Both the position numbers and the translations under genes were made by a program. Positions 52,659 to 63,059 of a DNA stretch of 64,000 bases are shown piece by piece (position 1 is the first letter of the stretch; each line of letters begins with the position of its first letter). The stretch comes from an uncultured Acidobacteriota bacterium (GTDB taxonomy: Bacteria; Acidobacteriota; Vicinamibacteria; Vicinamibacterales; 2-12-FULL-66-21), in assembly GCA_963839705.1 (NCBI GenBank), contig CAWIWL010000004.1, positions 128,320 to 192,319 on the forward strand, read 5' to 3'. The notes under the pieces were generated by a model, which searched no databases, was not told the origin of the DNA, and saw only the letters and a list, made by a program, of their open reading frames with translations.

Positions 52659-52868
52659 TTGAAACCGTTGCCGACACGCGGCGAAACTCTAGCGCACGGC
52701 CCGTTGCAATTGCCCACGCCCGATGGCTCGGGACGCATCCGCTACGTCGGCGAACTGTCGATTGGGGCGGTTGGCGCCGCACCCGGCGATTACGTGCTGC
52801 GACTGACGGTGACGAAGAACGGCCGCAGCATAGTACGGGAGGCCGCGTTCACGATAGCCGTGCCCTGA
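52659..52868 (+). pseudogene. Possible orphan C-terminal gene fragment
   Basis: 69-aa ORF ending ...PGDYVLRLTVTKNGRSIVREAAFTIAVP. It looks like the terminal beta-sandwich tail of larger secreted proteins. It has no RBS or N-terminal domain and lies in the rearranged ssrA-proximal region. Confidence 0.3.
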
Positions 52869-52896
52869 GTCCGGAGCGCATCGAACGCCGAACGAT

Positions 52897-55110
52897 TTAC
52901 TTCGAGAGGTCACCGTAGAACTTCCAGTCGATGATCATATCGCGCGTCAGCTTGAGCCGCGTGTTGACGGCCAGGCGCAGCAGCGCGATCGGCATACTGC
53001 CCTGGCGCATGATCTCGTCGTGGAACTGGGCGTTCGTCATGATCTTCGTATCAACGAGCTCCTTGCGTAAGCCGCGCAGCTGCAGGCCGCCGAGGAGGTA
53101 CGCGGCCTGATAGAGCGGCCCATATCCAGCGGCCGGATCGAACGAGCGGCGGACTTCAGCCGTGGCGTTGTCGCGCTCGTGGCCCACGCGATCGACGAGG
53201 AAATCGATGGCCTCCTGCGGCGACCACTGCCCCATGTGGAACTTGAGTGAGAAGATGATGCGCGCGCAGCGGTGCATGCGCCAGAAGAGCGCGCCGACTC
53301 GTTGTTCGGGCGTCTTGTTGAAGCCGAGATCGTACAGCGTCAGCTCCCAGTAGAGCGGCCAACCCTCGCCGAAGAACGGTCCGCCACCGCTCAAGTTCGC
53401 GCGATAGTCGTCGAAGCGTGCACTCAGGTAACCGACGAGGTTGTGCCCGGGAATCATCTCGTGGTGAGCCGTGGCGTGCGAGAAGCCCGGATTGTTGCCG
53501 CGCATGCTCTGGATGCGCGCGTCGTAGTCCATCGTGTTGGTCGGATACGAGACGCTCATCTGGCCGCCGCCGGTGAAGAACGGATTCACGAGCTGGCGCT
53601 CGGGCGTCATCATGATCATGTGCAGCGATTCGGCGGCCACCTGCGGCACGGTGATCAGCCGGTTCGCGCGCAGGTAGTCGACGGCCTCGACGAGCAGGTC
53701 CATGATCATCCGCGGCTGGCCGCCGGGCGGGACGGCGCTGTCCTTTGTCTTCTCGACCGCTTTCTTCCAGTCGGCCCCGAAGCCCATCTCGCGCGAGGCC
53801 TTGAGCATTTCCTGATCGCACCACGCGAACTCCTTCTCGGCGAGCGCGATCAGCTCCTCCGGGGTGTAGGGAATCAGGGCTTCGGATAGATCCTGGATCA
53901 GGCCTTCGCGGCCACGCGCCGGGCCCGGAATGCCGGTCGAATCCGGCTTCCGGGGCGGGTCGGGGTCGAGCTTCAGATTGGCGCGCGCAATTTGCGTCTC
54001 GGCCGTCCGGCGGATAAAGAGGTAGTCAACCTGCGCGTTGCGCGAGAGCTTGTCGAAGTCGAGCGACTTGAGCGCCGCCAGCCAGCTCGTGTAGAACGCC
54101 ACGTCGCGCGGCGGTCCGCTCGGTGCGCCACGCCCGCCGCCTCCGCGCCCGGCTCCGCCACTCCCGCTGAATCGCGCCACGATTTCGCGCATCTCATCCT
54201 GCGGCAGCGCGATGATCTCGTTCAGGTCCGGCACGTCGGAGTACTTCAGTTGCGCCCCGGGAACGATCGGTTCGCTGGCGGCTGGCGTGGCAGCAACCTG
54301 GAGGTTCTCGGCCGCGACCTTCTCGCGCAGCAGCACCGCATAGCTCTGGAGGGCCTCATCCACCTTCGCGTAGGGCATCCCCATCCACCACGTGAAGAGC
54401 GGATCGTAGCCGTTATAGAAGGTGAACCACTCGGTCGTGATCGTCCGCAGTTGATCGACGGCGGTCGCGCCGAGGACTGCCTGCTCGCGGTTCACCCGCG
54501 GCGGCGTGGCCGTCAGCCGGGCGATTTCCCGGGTGACGGCGGTGATCGTCGCGGCGGCGCGTTGGGCGTTCATGTCCTCGACGCGGATCCGCGCTTCGAC
54601 CAACTGGACGAGCGTGGGCGCGAACGGCGCGGTGGCGATCACCTGCGCCATCGTCAGCGCCTCAGCGTCGAGCCGCGCCAGGTTGGCTGTAATCGTCGAC
54701 TTGAGGCCGTCGAGATCCGTCTTCGCAGCGGGCGTGAGCTTCGCCGTGTCGATACGCCCGACCGCGGCCTGCCAGTTGGCGTCGAATCGCTTCAGCCGAG
54801 CGATGCGCGCAGCCGAGAGCGGCACCGGCGGGGGTGGCGCGGCCACCGGTGACCCCGCCGAGGCATCACCGCCCCGTTGCCCAGGCCCACCACGGCCACC
54901 ACGCCCTCCCCGGCCGGACCCGTTGGCGTAGTTGCCTGAGAGCGTCGTTCGATCCAGGTTGTACCGAAGCGCCACCATCCGCATCTCGCTTTGCGGCGCG
55001 GCGAGGAGCGGCGTCAGGTCGGAAGGAACTGACTGGTCCTGTGCGTAAGGACCGTGGCTCAAAAGGACGAAAAGGGCTGCTGCGACCAGCAGGGGGCGTC
55101 GCGTGGGCAT
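52897..55110 (-). CDS. DUF885-family (metallopeptidase-like) secreted protein
   Basis: Signal peptide (LLVAAALFVLLSHGPYAQD), Gly/Arg-rich low-complexity inserts, and C-terminal core with ATAHHEMIPGHNL and EGWPLYWE motifs. Start set at ATG 55110. Confidence 0.7.
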   Translation of the reverse strand: MPTRRPLLVAAALFVLLSHGPYAQDQSVPSDLTPLLAAPQSEMRMVALRYNLDRTTLSGNYANGSGRGGRGGRGGPGQRGGDASAGSPVAAPPPPVPLSAARIARLKRFDANWQAAVGRIDTAKLTPAAKTDLDGLKSTITANLARLDAEALTMAQVIATAPFAPTLVQLVEARIRVEDMNAQRAAATITAVTREIARLTATPPRVNREQAVLGATAVDQLRTITTEWFTFYNGYDPLFTWWMGMPYAKVDEALQSYAVLLREKVAAENLQVAATPAASEPIVPGAQLKYSDVPDLNEIIALPQDEMREIVARFSGSGGAGRGGGGRGAPSGPPRDVAFYTSWLAALKSLDFDKLSRNAQVDYLFIRRTAETQIARANLKLDPDPPRKPDSTGIPGPARGREGLIQDLSEALIPYTPEELIALAEKEFAWCDQEMLKASREMGFGADWKKAVEKTKDSAVPPGGQPRMIMDLLVEAVDYLRANRLITVPQVAAESLHMIMMTPERQLVNPFFTGGGQMSVSYPTNTMDYDARIQSMRGNNPGFSHATAHHEMIPGHNLVGYLSARFDDYRANLSGGGPFFGEGWPLYWELTLYDLGFNKTPEQRVGALFWRMHRCARIIFSLKFHMGQWSPQEAIDFLVDRVGHERDNATAEVRRSFDPAAGYGPLYQAAYLLGGLQLRGLRKELVDTKIMTNAQFHDEIMRQGSMPIALLRLAVNTRLKLTRDMIIDWKFYGDLSK

Positions 55111-55218
55111 GACGATCGATCTCCTCAAGCCCAGCAGCTTACTGCGACTCCGCCCCGGAAGCGCAGTTCGTTCTGTTGATGGCCCTATCAACGCGCGCAA
55201 GGGTTGGCGAACGGGGGG

Positions 55219-55569
55219 TCAGGCTAGCGCGGTTCGGCGATCGCGGAGGTTTGCCGCGGCGCCAAAGAGGCCCATCATCCATCCGATGGGATAGGACGCG
55301 CAAAGCAACAGCCACCAGATCGACCGGCCCGTGTTTCCGCCGACGCCGCCGAGTGCGGACAGCCCGAACAGGGCGGCGACGCCAAAGGCAATGAGCACAC
55401 AGGCCGTCAACTGCAACCGGTAGCGGCGCGTCCTGGCGAAGAAGGCGCCGGCGGCCGCGAGCGCACTGCCGCCGAGGATGACGACTGACCCTTCGAGAGG
55501 GTCAAGGGCTCCGGCCACCATCAGCACGAGGCCGGCGACAACGAGCATACGAGAGTGAGTGGGTTTCAC
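55219..55569 (-). CDS. Small membrane protein, unknown function
   Basis: Four predicted TM helices. GTG 55569 is preceded by GGAGG (55575-55579). Confidence 0.5.
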   Translation of the reverse strand: MKPTHSRMLVVAGLVLMVAGALDPLEGSVVILGGSALAAAGAFFARTRRYRLQLTACVLIAFGVAALFGLSALGGVGGNTGRSIWWLLLCASYPIGWMMGLFGAAANLRDRRTALA

Positions 55570-55766
55570 GGCGACCTCCAGCAACCGAGGCTTTCTTACG
55601 TCATCCTACGCACCTCCAACGCGAGAGTCGTGAGGAATTCCTGAAAAACCGTGAGATCTCGAGAGGGAATCGATTGACGCCGTCACCCCAACGGGCGCAT
55701 ACTTCGCGGTCGCGCTACTGTTCAGCTTGGCCGCGGTCAAGCAGGCTATTTACCGGAGGGGTGTCT

Positions 55767-56438
55767 ATGAAGATGTTGAAAGCACTATCGATTGTGTCGC
55801 TCGTGTTCGTATGGTCGGGAGCCGCGCTCGCGCAGGACGCAGTCAAGGTCGATCCGTCGCACTACAAAGTGGTGTTCGAAAACGCGAGCGTGCGAGTATT
55901 GAAGATCAGCTACGCCGCTGGCGGCAAGAGCGTGATGCATCAGCATCCGGACGCCATCGCGATTTTCCTGGCGCCCTCCAAGGTCCGGTTCACCATGCCC
56001 GACGGCAAGTCGGAAGACAGCGACGTGGCCAACGAGTCGGCCCAGTACACGCCGGCCGGCACGCACAACCCCACGAATGTCGGCACGGGACCCGTTGATG
56101 CGCTGCTCGTCGAATTCAAGACCGCGGCGCCGGGCAAGGCGGCGCTCCCGGCATCGCGCGAAGGCATGACGCTCAAGGTGCTGGCCGAAGGTCCGCGCGC
56201 CACGGCCTACCGCTCGACCGCCTCGGCCACGTTCGCGGAGCCGGCCGGAAGTAAGCACGACTTCGATCAGGTGGTCATCGCGCTCGGCCCGTCGCCGTTG
56301 TCTCTCTCGATCGACGGCAAACCGGCAAAAACGACCTGGGCCCGCGGCGACACGCAATTCATCGGCCGCGGTGTCGCGCACGAAGCCAAGAACACCGGCG
56401 GAAAGCCGGGCGACATGGTGATAGTGGTGATCAAGTAA
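55767..56438 (+). CDS. Secreted bicupin-like protein
   Basis: Signal peptide MKMLKALSIVSLVFVWSGAALAQ. There are two cupin-like halves (KSVMHQHPD ... PAGTHNPTN; second half GVAHEAKNTG). GGAGG lies upstream of the ATG. Confidence 0.6.
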   Translation: MKMLKALSIVSLVFVWSGAALAQDAVKVDPSHYKVVFENASVRVLKISYAAGGKSVMHQHPDAIAIFLAPSKVRFTMPDGKSEDSDVANESAQYTPAGTHNPTNVGTGPVDALLVEFKTAAPGKAALPASREGMTLKVLAEGPRATAYRSTASATFAEPAGSKHDFDQVVIALGPSPLSLSIDGKPAKTTWARGDTQFIGRGVAHEAKNTGGKPGDMVIVVIK

Positions 56439-56482
56439 GACGAGTGCGGTGCGAGGCGGGAGCTTGTGCAGCCCGCCTCGCA

Positions 56483-57329
56483 TCATTTCTGCTGGTAGAT
56501 CCTCACGTAGTCCACGAGGTAGCGGTAAGGAAGGCGCGAGTCGTCTATACCCCTCTGCCCGCCCCACGATCCGCCGATGGCGAGGTTGACGAGCAGGTAC
56601 TGCGGCTTGTCGAACGGCCACGCGCGCGCGCCTGTGCCCTCGTTTCGAAAAGAGAAGTACTGCTGGCCATCGACGAACACGCCAATCTGGTTGGCGGACC
56701 ACTCCATGGCGTAGACGTGGAAGTCATCAGCGGGATTCGCGATGGTCACGCTCGCGGTTTTCTGCGTCCCGATCGTGTGGTTGTAGCTGGTGGTGTGCAC
56801 GCTGCCGTGAATGCGGAGCGGGTCGAAGCCGACGTTCTCCATGATGTCGATTTCGCCGCAGGCAGGCCACCCGGCCTGCGCAATGTTGGTACCCAGCATC
56901 CAGACCGCCGGCCAGGCGCCGACGCCGGCTGGCAGCTTCGCCCGGACCTCGACCCTCCCGTAGAGAAACTCGAACCGGCCGCGGGTGTTGACGCTGGCTG
57001 ACGTGTAGCCGAAGCCTTGATAGGCCTCCTTGCGGCCTTCGATCAGGAGATTCCCGCCCTCGGCGCGAACGTTCTCGGGCCGCGACGTGTAGGTACTGTT
57101 TCTCGTTGTTCCGGATGTAGCCGATCTCGTTGCCCCACTTCGCCGGGTCGGGCGCCCCGGCGGTATCGAACTCGTCCGCGAAGACGAGTGACCAGCCGGT
57201 TGGCCCTGGTGTCGGCGCGGACGGTGCGGCCCCCGAGTCGCCGCCGCACGCCAAAGCGATCGGGAAGAGGAGCCCCCAAAGAGCGGCACGGCGCCCTCCA
57301 CGAACTGAGCCGGCGAGGCAGGTCGTCAT
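56483..57329 (-). pseudogene. GH16 beta-glucanase (laminarinase-like) lipoprotein with one frameshift near 57092-57093
   Basis: The N-terminal part (MTTCLAGS...IALACGGD...WSLVFADEFD...IRNNEKQY) is in the frame of ORF 56727..57392. The catalytic part (TYTSRPENV...GEIDIMENVG...) is in the frame of ORF 56483..57301. The junction reads CAGTACCTACACG where CAGTACTACACG would keep the frame. Confidence 0.7.
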
Positions 57330-57354
57330 ACGTCGAAGCAACAATGGGGGTACC

Positions 57355-58007
57355 TCACATTCCTCGCCGAGTAATTGTCGATGGTGCTGCATCGAGGAGT
57401 CGGTACGTCAGCGTGACCGAGCCGACCTCGATCTGGTCACCATCCCTGAGCGCGACAAGCTGAGTTACGGGCCGCCCGTTCACGTGTGTGCCGTTCTTAC
57501 TACCCAGATCCTCGACCGTGGCCTCGCCATTCGTGACGACGATTTGAGCGTGCCGGCGCGAGAGCGTCACCGAATCGATGCGGATTACGCAGTCGGCATC
57601 GCGGCCCACCACGTTCGCCCCTGTCAACAAGGGCCACTCGCCGCGGCTCGAGACAAGGCGCGGACCGGCTGTTCTAGGTGTCGCGCCTGTTACTGCGGGC
57701 GCTGGCTGCGCGTCGCCATGAAAGGCGTAGCCATATCGCGGAACCGTGCGGAGGAACCGCGCCGCCCGTGGCGCATCCCCGAGCGCCGCGCGGATCTCGG
57801 CAACCAGGTTGTGCAGACTCGCGTCGGAGACGAAGGTCTCCGGCCACAGTCGCTCGAGCAGTTCGGTCTTTGCAACCGCCTCGGGCCGGCAATCGAGAAG
57901 CAACTCCAACAGCTGGAAGCCTTGGGGGACAGCGGCAGAGCGCTTCCGTGCCGAAGGAGCACCCGCCGGCCGGAGTCGAACTCGCATTCTCCGAAAACCA
58001 CACGCAT
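57355..58007 (-). pseudogene. Winged-helix (CadC/OmpR-type) + FHA domain regulator with one frameshift near 57917-57918
   Basis: MRVVFGECEFDSGRRVLLRHGSALPLSPKA (frame of ORF 57690..58292) continues as FQLLELLLDCRPEAVAKTELLERLW...RTVPRYGYAF and then the FHA domain (VVGRDADCVIRIDSVTLSRRHAQI...DLGSKNGTHVNG) in the frame of ORF 57355..57987. One T appears to be missing from a T-run (AAGGCTTCCAG). Confidence 0.7.
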
Positions 58008-58094
58008 TATGAGCCCTGAAGGAATTAGAGTTTCATGAGAACTCCGCGAGGACAGCGTGGTCCGCCGGCGCCTATATTCGCACAGGAGACCTTT

Positions 58095-58854
58095 ATGATC
58101 CGACTGCGAAGAGTTGCCCTCCTCTTGGTTTGCCTGCCCGCGTTCCTGGGCTGCCAGGGACCGCCGGCGCTGACTCAGGGGCTGGGCGCCAAGATCTGGG
58201 TCGGCCGATATCAGGAGATCGAGGAGTACTCTGAGGACCGCCGAGTGCGTGAGCGCGTATGGGTCCGATCCTCGCAAAGCGACCCGCTGCACGTTGCCGC
58301 CCGGTGGGCCTTTCCCCAGGATGGCCTGGCGTTCGCTGCCTCCCGGGATGTACCGCGGCTTCTGGGAGAGCTACAGAGCCGACATTTCCGCGTATGAGAT
58401 CGACAAGCTCCTGAAGATGGACATGGTGCCGCCCAGCGTGGAGCGCCAGCTCCAGGGCACCACGGGTGCTGCCCAACTGTGGGTTGAGAACATTCTTGGC
58501 TTGAAGGAAGGCGAGTCACCGGACGAGTCGCACCGTGTCCACTGGGAAGCCCAGTTGGTTCGGATGGCCATGTTCGACAACCTCATTGGCAACCGTGACA
58601 GGACCCGGGGCAACATAATTCGCGATGCCGAGTGGAACGTGATCCTGCTCGATCATTCACGCGCGTTCGGAACCGGTAGTGAGCTCCCCGACAAAATGAC
58701 GCGCATCGACGGAGCGTTCTGGACGAAGATCGAGAGTCTGACTCGCCCTCAGCTCGACGCGGCGCTCCGCGCATTGATGGGCGACCCTGAAATCCAGGCC
58801 ATCCTCGACCGTCGCGAGCGGATGAGGGCCGAAGTCAAATCGCTTCCGAGATAG
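58095..58854 (+). pseudogene. Lipoprotein with PI3/PI4-kinase-like (atypical kinase) catalytic motifs, one frameshift near 58230
   Basis: AGGAGA RBS, then MIRLRRVALLLVCLPAFLGCQG (lipobox) in the frame of ORF 58035..58397. The body (…LRTAECVSAYGSDPRKATRCTL…YEIDKLLKMDMVPPSVER…FDNLIGNRDRTRGNIIRD…VILLDHSRAF) is in the frame of ORF 58249..58854. Confidence 0.6.
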
Positions 58855-58912
58855 ACCGCCATCAGTTGCGCGAGTGTTGCCAGTGGCTCAGGTGAATACA
58901 GCCGCCTTGCCG

Positions 58913-61651
58913 ATGATCACGAGGACGATCACTCACTACGAGATCCTGGCGCCGATAGGTGAAGGCGGCATGGGCGTAGTCTACCGCGCTCTCGACACGC
59001 GTCTCGGCCGGCCCGTGGCGGTCAAGTTGCTCCGCCCCGATGGAGCCATCGACGGAGAGCGCCGGAAACGATTCGTCCAGGAGGCCAGAGCCGCCTCGGC
59101 GTTGAATCACCCGCACATTATTACGATCTACGACATCGGTCAGGCCGAAGGCACCGACTTCATCGCGATGGAGTACGTCGCGGGACCCTCGCTCGCCCAC
59201 ACGATCGGCCAAGGCCGGCTGAGTATCGGGGACACACTGAAGTACGGTGTCCAGATAGCCGACGCGCTGGCGGCCGCGCACGCCGCTGGCATTCTTCATC
59301 GCGATCTCAAGCCCGCCAACATCATGCTCAGCGCGGCTGGCGGAAAGGGGTCAATCAAGGTTCTCGATTTCGGGCTCGCGAAGCTGACCGATCCCATTGA
59401 TTGCACACCGATAGACGAGCGGGGCACTACGGGGACGGCCTGGGCGGCAGAGCGTCTCCAGACCGAGGAAGGAACGATCCTTGGCACGTCGGCCTACATG
59501 TCGCCCGAACAGGCGGAGGGCAAACCCGCCGACGCAAGATCGGATGTCTTCTCCTTCGGTACGGTGCTCTACGAAATGATTACCGGCCGTCGCGCCTTTA
59601 CCGGCGCGACGAAGGTGTCGACGCTGGCGGACGTCCTGACGAGAGAACCAGAACCGCCGAGTCATACAACCCCAGGACTCTCGCGCGATCTCGAGAAACT
59701 CATTCTCCGCTGCCTCCGGAAGAGTCCGGAGCGGCGCTGGCAGTCAATGGCCGACCTGAAGGTTGCGCTAGAGGACGTGCGGGAGGAATTCGATGCGCGG
59801 AACATCCATGGATCCTCGGTGTCGGCCCCGCCGAATCCGTGGAAGGCAGTCCTCGTGGTCGTGCCCGCGATCGCTGCACTGGCGTACGGAGCGTGGTGGT
59901 TGGCGACACGGCCACGGCAGGAGACCAGCCCCACGACCTTTCTGACGAGGCTCACCTCGGACGTCGGATGGACCGACTATCCAGCCATCTCGCTCGATGG
60001 GAAGATTCTCGCGTACGCCTCCGATCGCAGCGGGGAGAACCATCTGGACATCTGGGTTCAGCAGATTCCCGACGGACCGCCCGTCAGGCTGACGCATCAC
60101 CCTGCTGACGAAGTCGAGCCCTCGCTGTCGGCCGATGGAACCCGGATCGCCTTTCATTCCAGCCGGCTCGGCGGAGGCATCTATATCGTCCCAACGCTCG
60201 GCGGTGAAGAACGGCTTCTCGCAGCGCGAGGCTTCTCGCCGCGGTTTTCACCAGACGGAAAGTGGATCGCCTTCGGCGTTGCCGAACAGACAGGTAGCCG
60301 AATCTACGTGGCGCCAGCCGCGGGCGGCCCAGCCATTCCAGTCACAGACGGTTTCTATAGGGCCCAGTCTCCGGTCTGGTCGCCCGATGGACGACACCTG
60401 CTGTTCTGGGCGCAACGCCAGCGTGACGCTCCGCCGGAGAACAACGTCGACTGGTATGTGGCAGAGATCCCGGGAGGCCCACCCGTTCAGACGGACGCCC
60501 GCAAGTCGCTCCTCCGAGGAGGATTCCAGGCGTTTCAGGGATTGCCGGCCCCGGATGCATGGGCAAGTGCGGGAGACCGCGTCCTCTTTCATGGCATCGT
60601 CGGGGACTCCTCAAACATGTGGCAGGTGGCCATCGCTCGCGAGGGCTGGCGCGTCACCGGACAAGCGCAGCGGGCGACGTTCGGCACGACAGACGAGGCG
60701 GGGGCCTCGGTCACCTCGGACGGCCGGATGGTGTTCATCAGCCGGACGATGGGTGCGGACATCTGGAGCCTTTCGATCGACGCGAACCGTGGCACGCCGG
60801 GCGGGCCGCTCAAACGTGTGACGCAAGATGCCGCAGATGACTACAGCCCCACGCTGTCGGAAGACGGGGCAACGCTCGCGTTCCGTTCGCGTCGCGCTGG
60901 GCGATTCGGCGTCGTCCTCAGGACGCTCGGGGCGAGCGCCGAGACCGTCCTCACGCGCATGCCGGAGGATCACTATCCGGCTGTCAGTCGTGACGGAACG
61001 AAGGTGGCGTACTCGTTCCGCAAGAACGACAAGATGCCGATCTTCGTCGTCGCCGCGAGTGGTGGAACACCCATTCAAGTGTGCGACGACTGTGGCGAAG
61101 TGGAGGCGTGGTCACCGGACGGCAACCAGATTCTGTATATCGCTACGGGTGACCCGTCCGGCGTGGGACTCCTGACGATTGGCGCGTCGCACAATCACCG
61201 GTGGTTGAAGAACCCGGGCTACGGGATTTACCATCCTCGGCTCTCGTCAGACGGTGGCTGGATCGCCTTCAACGGCCGGACGGACAGGCGAGCGCCGGCG
61301 CAAGTGATAGTCGCCAAGGTACAGGCGTCTGTTGTCGCAGGGGAGAACGACTGGATCGTGGTCAATACGGACGGCGATGCCCCAAGCTGGTCGCCGGACG
61401 CAAGTCTCGTGTACTTCTGGTCGGATCGAGACGGCTCTCCGTGCCTGTGGGCACAACGTCTCGACCCGGCGACGAAACGACCGGCCGGGGTGCCGCTTAG
61501 TATCCAGCATTTCCATAGCAAGGGCCTGTCGTGGAAGAACCTGTACCTCGGCGCACCTGATATTGCCGTCGCGCGCGACAAGGTAGTCTTCAACCTCGGC
61601 GAACACTCCGGGAATATCTGGCTGACGCAGCCATACAAGACTCCGGAATGA
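58913..61651 (+). CDS. Ser/Thr protein kinase fused to TM segment and TolB-like (PD40 beta-propeller) domains
   Basis: Kinase motifs GEGGMGVVYRA, VAVK, HRDLKPANIM, DFGLAK and SPEQ, followed by a TM helix (VLVVVPAIAALAYGAWWLA) and repeated PD40-type units (SLDGKILAYASDRSG, SADGTRIAF, SPDGKWIAF, SPDGRHLLF, SEDGATLAF, SRDGTKVAY, SPDGNQILY, SSDGGWIAF). Confidence 0.9.
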   Translation: MITRTITHYEILAPIGEGGMGVVYRALDTRLGRPVAVKLLRPDGAIDGERRKRFVQEARAASALNHPHIITIYDIGQAEGTDFIAMEYVAGPSLAHTIGQGRLSIGDTLKYGVQIADALAAAHAAGILHRDLKPANIMLSAAGGKGSIKVLDFGLAKLTDPIDCTPIDERGTTGTAWAAERLQTEEGTILGTSAYMSPEQAEGKPADARSDVFSFGTVLYEMITGRRAFTGATKVSTLADVLTREPEPPSHTTPGLSRDLEKLILRCLRKSPERRWQSMADLKVALEDVREEFDARNIHGSSVSAPPNPWKAVLVVVPAIAALAYGAWWLATRPRQETSPTTFLTRLTSDVGWTDYPAISLDGKILAYASDRSGENHLDIWVQQIPDGPPVRLTHHPADEVEPSLSADGTRIAFHSSRLGGGIYIVPTLGGEERLLAARGFSPRFSPDGKWIAFGVAEQTGSRIYVAPAAGGPAIPVTDGFYRAQSPVWSPDGRHLLFWAQRQRDAPPENNVDWYVAEIPGGPPVQTDARKSLLRGGFQAFQGLPAPDAWASAGDRVLFHGIVGDSSNMWQVAIAREGWRVTGQAQRATFGTTDEAGASVTSDGRMVFISRTMGADIWSLSIDANRGTPGGPLKRVTQDAADDYSPTLSEDGATLAFRSRRAGRFGVVLRTLGASAETVLTRMPEDHYPAVSRDGTKVAYSFRKNDKMPIFVVAASGGTPIQVCDDCGEVEAWSPDGNQILYIATGDPSGVGLLTIGASHNHRWLKNPGYGIYHPRLSSDGGWIAFNGRTDRRAPAQVIVAKVQASVVAGENDWIVVNTDGDAPSWSPDASLVYFWSDRDGSPCLWAQRLDPATKRPAGVPLSIQHFHSKGLSWKNLYLGAPDIAVARDKVVFNLGEHSGNIWLTQPYKTPE

Positions 61652-61720
61652 TGGCCCATCCACCCGCCTGATGCGCCATCCGCCTCTTGCGTCCGCGCAT
61701 CCGGCGGTTAACAATCGAGC

Positions 61721-63052
61721 ATGCGCCAACCTGTCAGCCGGATCGTCGATCTCCTCGACCCTTCGCTGAACCGTCTCGCCAACATGAGCGTCGAGGAGGC
61801 GCGCCGGCGCGTCCTCGACGGGAATCCAGCCGGCGTCCGCGCCATCGACGGGTCATTCGCGCTCGTCGCGGTCGAGGGTGTCACCGTCCGCCTGGCGCGC
61901 TCGCTCGATCGACCCTTGCGGTACTTTCTGGCGAAGCGTCAGGAGGGCCCTGCGCTCTACGTCGCCGACCGCATCGACACCTTGCACGGCGCGCTCGCAA
62001 CAGACGGCCTCGCCGGTCAGTTCCACCCGAGCTACACCCGCATGGTCCCCGCCCACTACGTCGTCGAAATTGCGCTCGTCGGCTGCCCCGATCCGGATCC
62101 CGTCTACACGCGGTTCTTCACGCCCAAGACCAACACACTGCCGGCGACGCTCGACGAGATCGGCCGCCAGTACGTCGGTGCCATGGCGCACGAGATCGAG
62201 AAGTGGCTGATGCAGGTCGAGGCGGGATCGTCGCGGCAGGAGCCCATCGGCGTGGCTTTCTCGGGCGGCATCGACAGTGGCGCGGTCTTCCTCGTTACCT
62301 ATCACACGATGATCAGGCTCGGCCTGTCGCCGGCGAGGCTCAAAGCCTTCGTGTTGAACCTCGGGGCTGGTCCGGACCTCGATCAGGCACGCGCGTTTCT
62401 CTCGGCCGTTGATTTGTCGCTCTTCCTTGAAGCGATCGATGCGTCGCCGGATGGTCTGAACCTCGACGAGACGCTGCGCGTGCTCGAGGACTATAAGCCC
62501 CTCGACGTCGAGTGCGCGGCCATGGGTCTGGAGCTCTGCCGCGGCATCCGCGCCCGTTATCCGGACTGGCGCCATCTGGCCGACGGCGATGGCGGCGACG
62601 AAAACCTCAAGGACTATCCAATCGAAGAGAACCCCGAGCTCACGATCAGGAGCGTCATCGACAACCTCATGCTCTATCAGGAGGGCTGGGGCGTCGGGCG
62701 GATCAAACATTCGCTGACCTACAGCGGCGGGCTGAGCCGAAGCTACGTTCGGACGTACGCGCCGGCGCGCCGCTATGGCTTCGCCGGATTCAGCCCATAT
62801 GCGCAGCCTGGCGTCGTCGAGGTGGCCGAGGGAATCCCGTTTGCCGCGTTGACCCACTACGACGTCCCGACGCTCTACGCGCTCAAGGGCGAGATCGTCG
62901 GGCGGGGCGTCAAGGCCGTCACAGGACTCGACATGCCGATCTTCCCGAAGCGCCGGTTTCAGCACGGCGCGATTCCTGCCGACGCGATGCGCGCGCGTCT
63001 CGGTGGAACGGAGCAGGCCTATCGTCGCGCCTTCCACAGCCTCTACACGTAG
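61721..63052 (+). CDS. Asparagine-synthetase-like PP-loop ATP pyrophosphatase lacking the N-terminal Cys nucleophile
   Basis: PP-loop GVAFSGGIDSG and a later GDGGDENLKDY motif (compare SGEGADE-x-x-GY in AsnB). The N-terminal domain resembles a degenerate Ntn glutaminase fold (IDGSFALVAV...RSLDRPLRYF) but begins MRQP, not MCG. Confidence 0.7.
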   Translation: MRQPVSRIVDLLDPSLNRLANMSVEEARRRVLDGNPAGVRAIDGSFALVAVEGVTVRLARSLDRPLRYFLAKRQEGPALYVADRIDTLHGALATDGLAGQFHPSYTRMVPAHYVVEIALVGCPDPDPVYTRFFTPKTNTLPATLDEIGRQYVGAMAHEIEKWLMQVEAGSSRQEPIGVAFSGGIDSGAVFLVTYHTMIRLGLSPARLKAFVLNLGAGPDLDQARAFLSAVDLSLFLEAIDASPDGLNLDETLRVLEDYKPLDVECAAMGLELCRGIRARYPDWRHLADGDGGDENLKDYPIEENPELTIRSVIDNLMLYQEGWGVGRIKHSLTYSGGLSRSYVRTYAPARRYGFAGFSPYAQPGVVEVAEGIPFAALTHYDVPTLYALKGEIVGRGVKAVTGLDMPIFPKRRFQHGAIPADAMRARLGGTEQAYRRAFHSLYT

Positions 63053-63059
63053 CGTCGCG

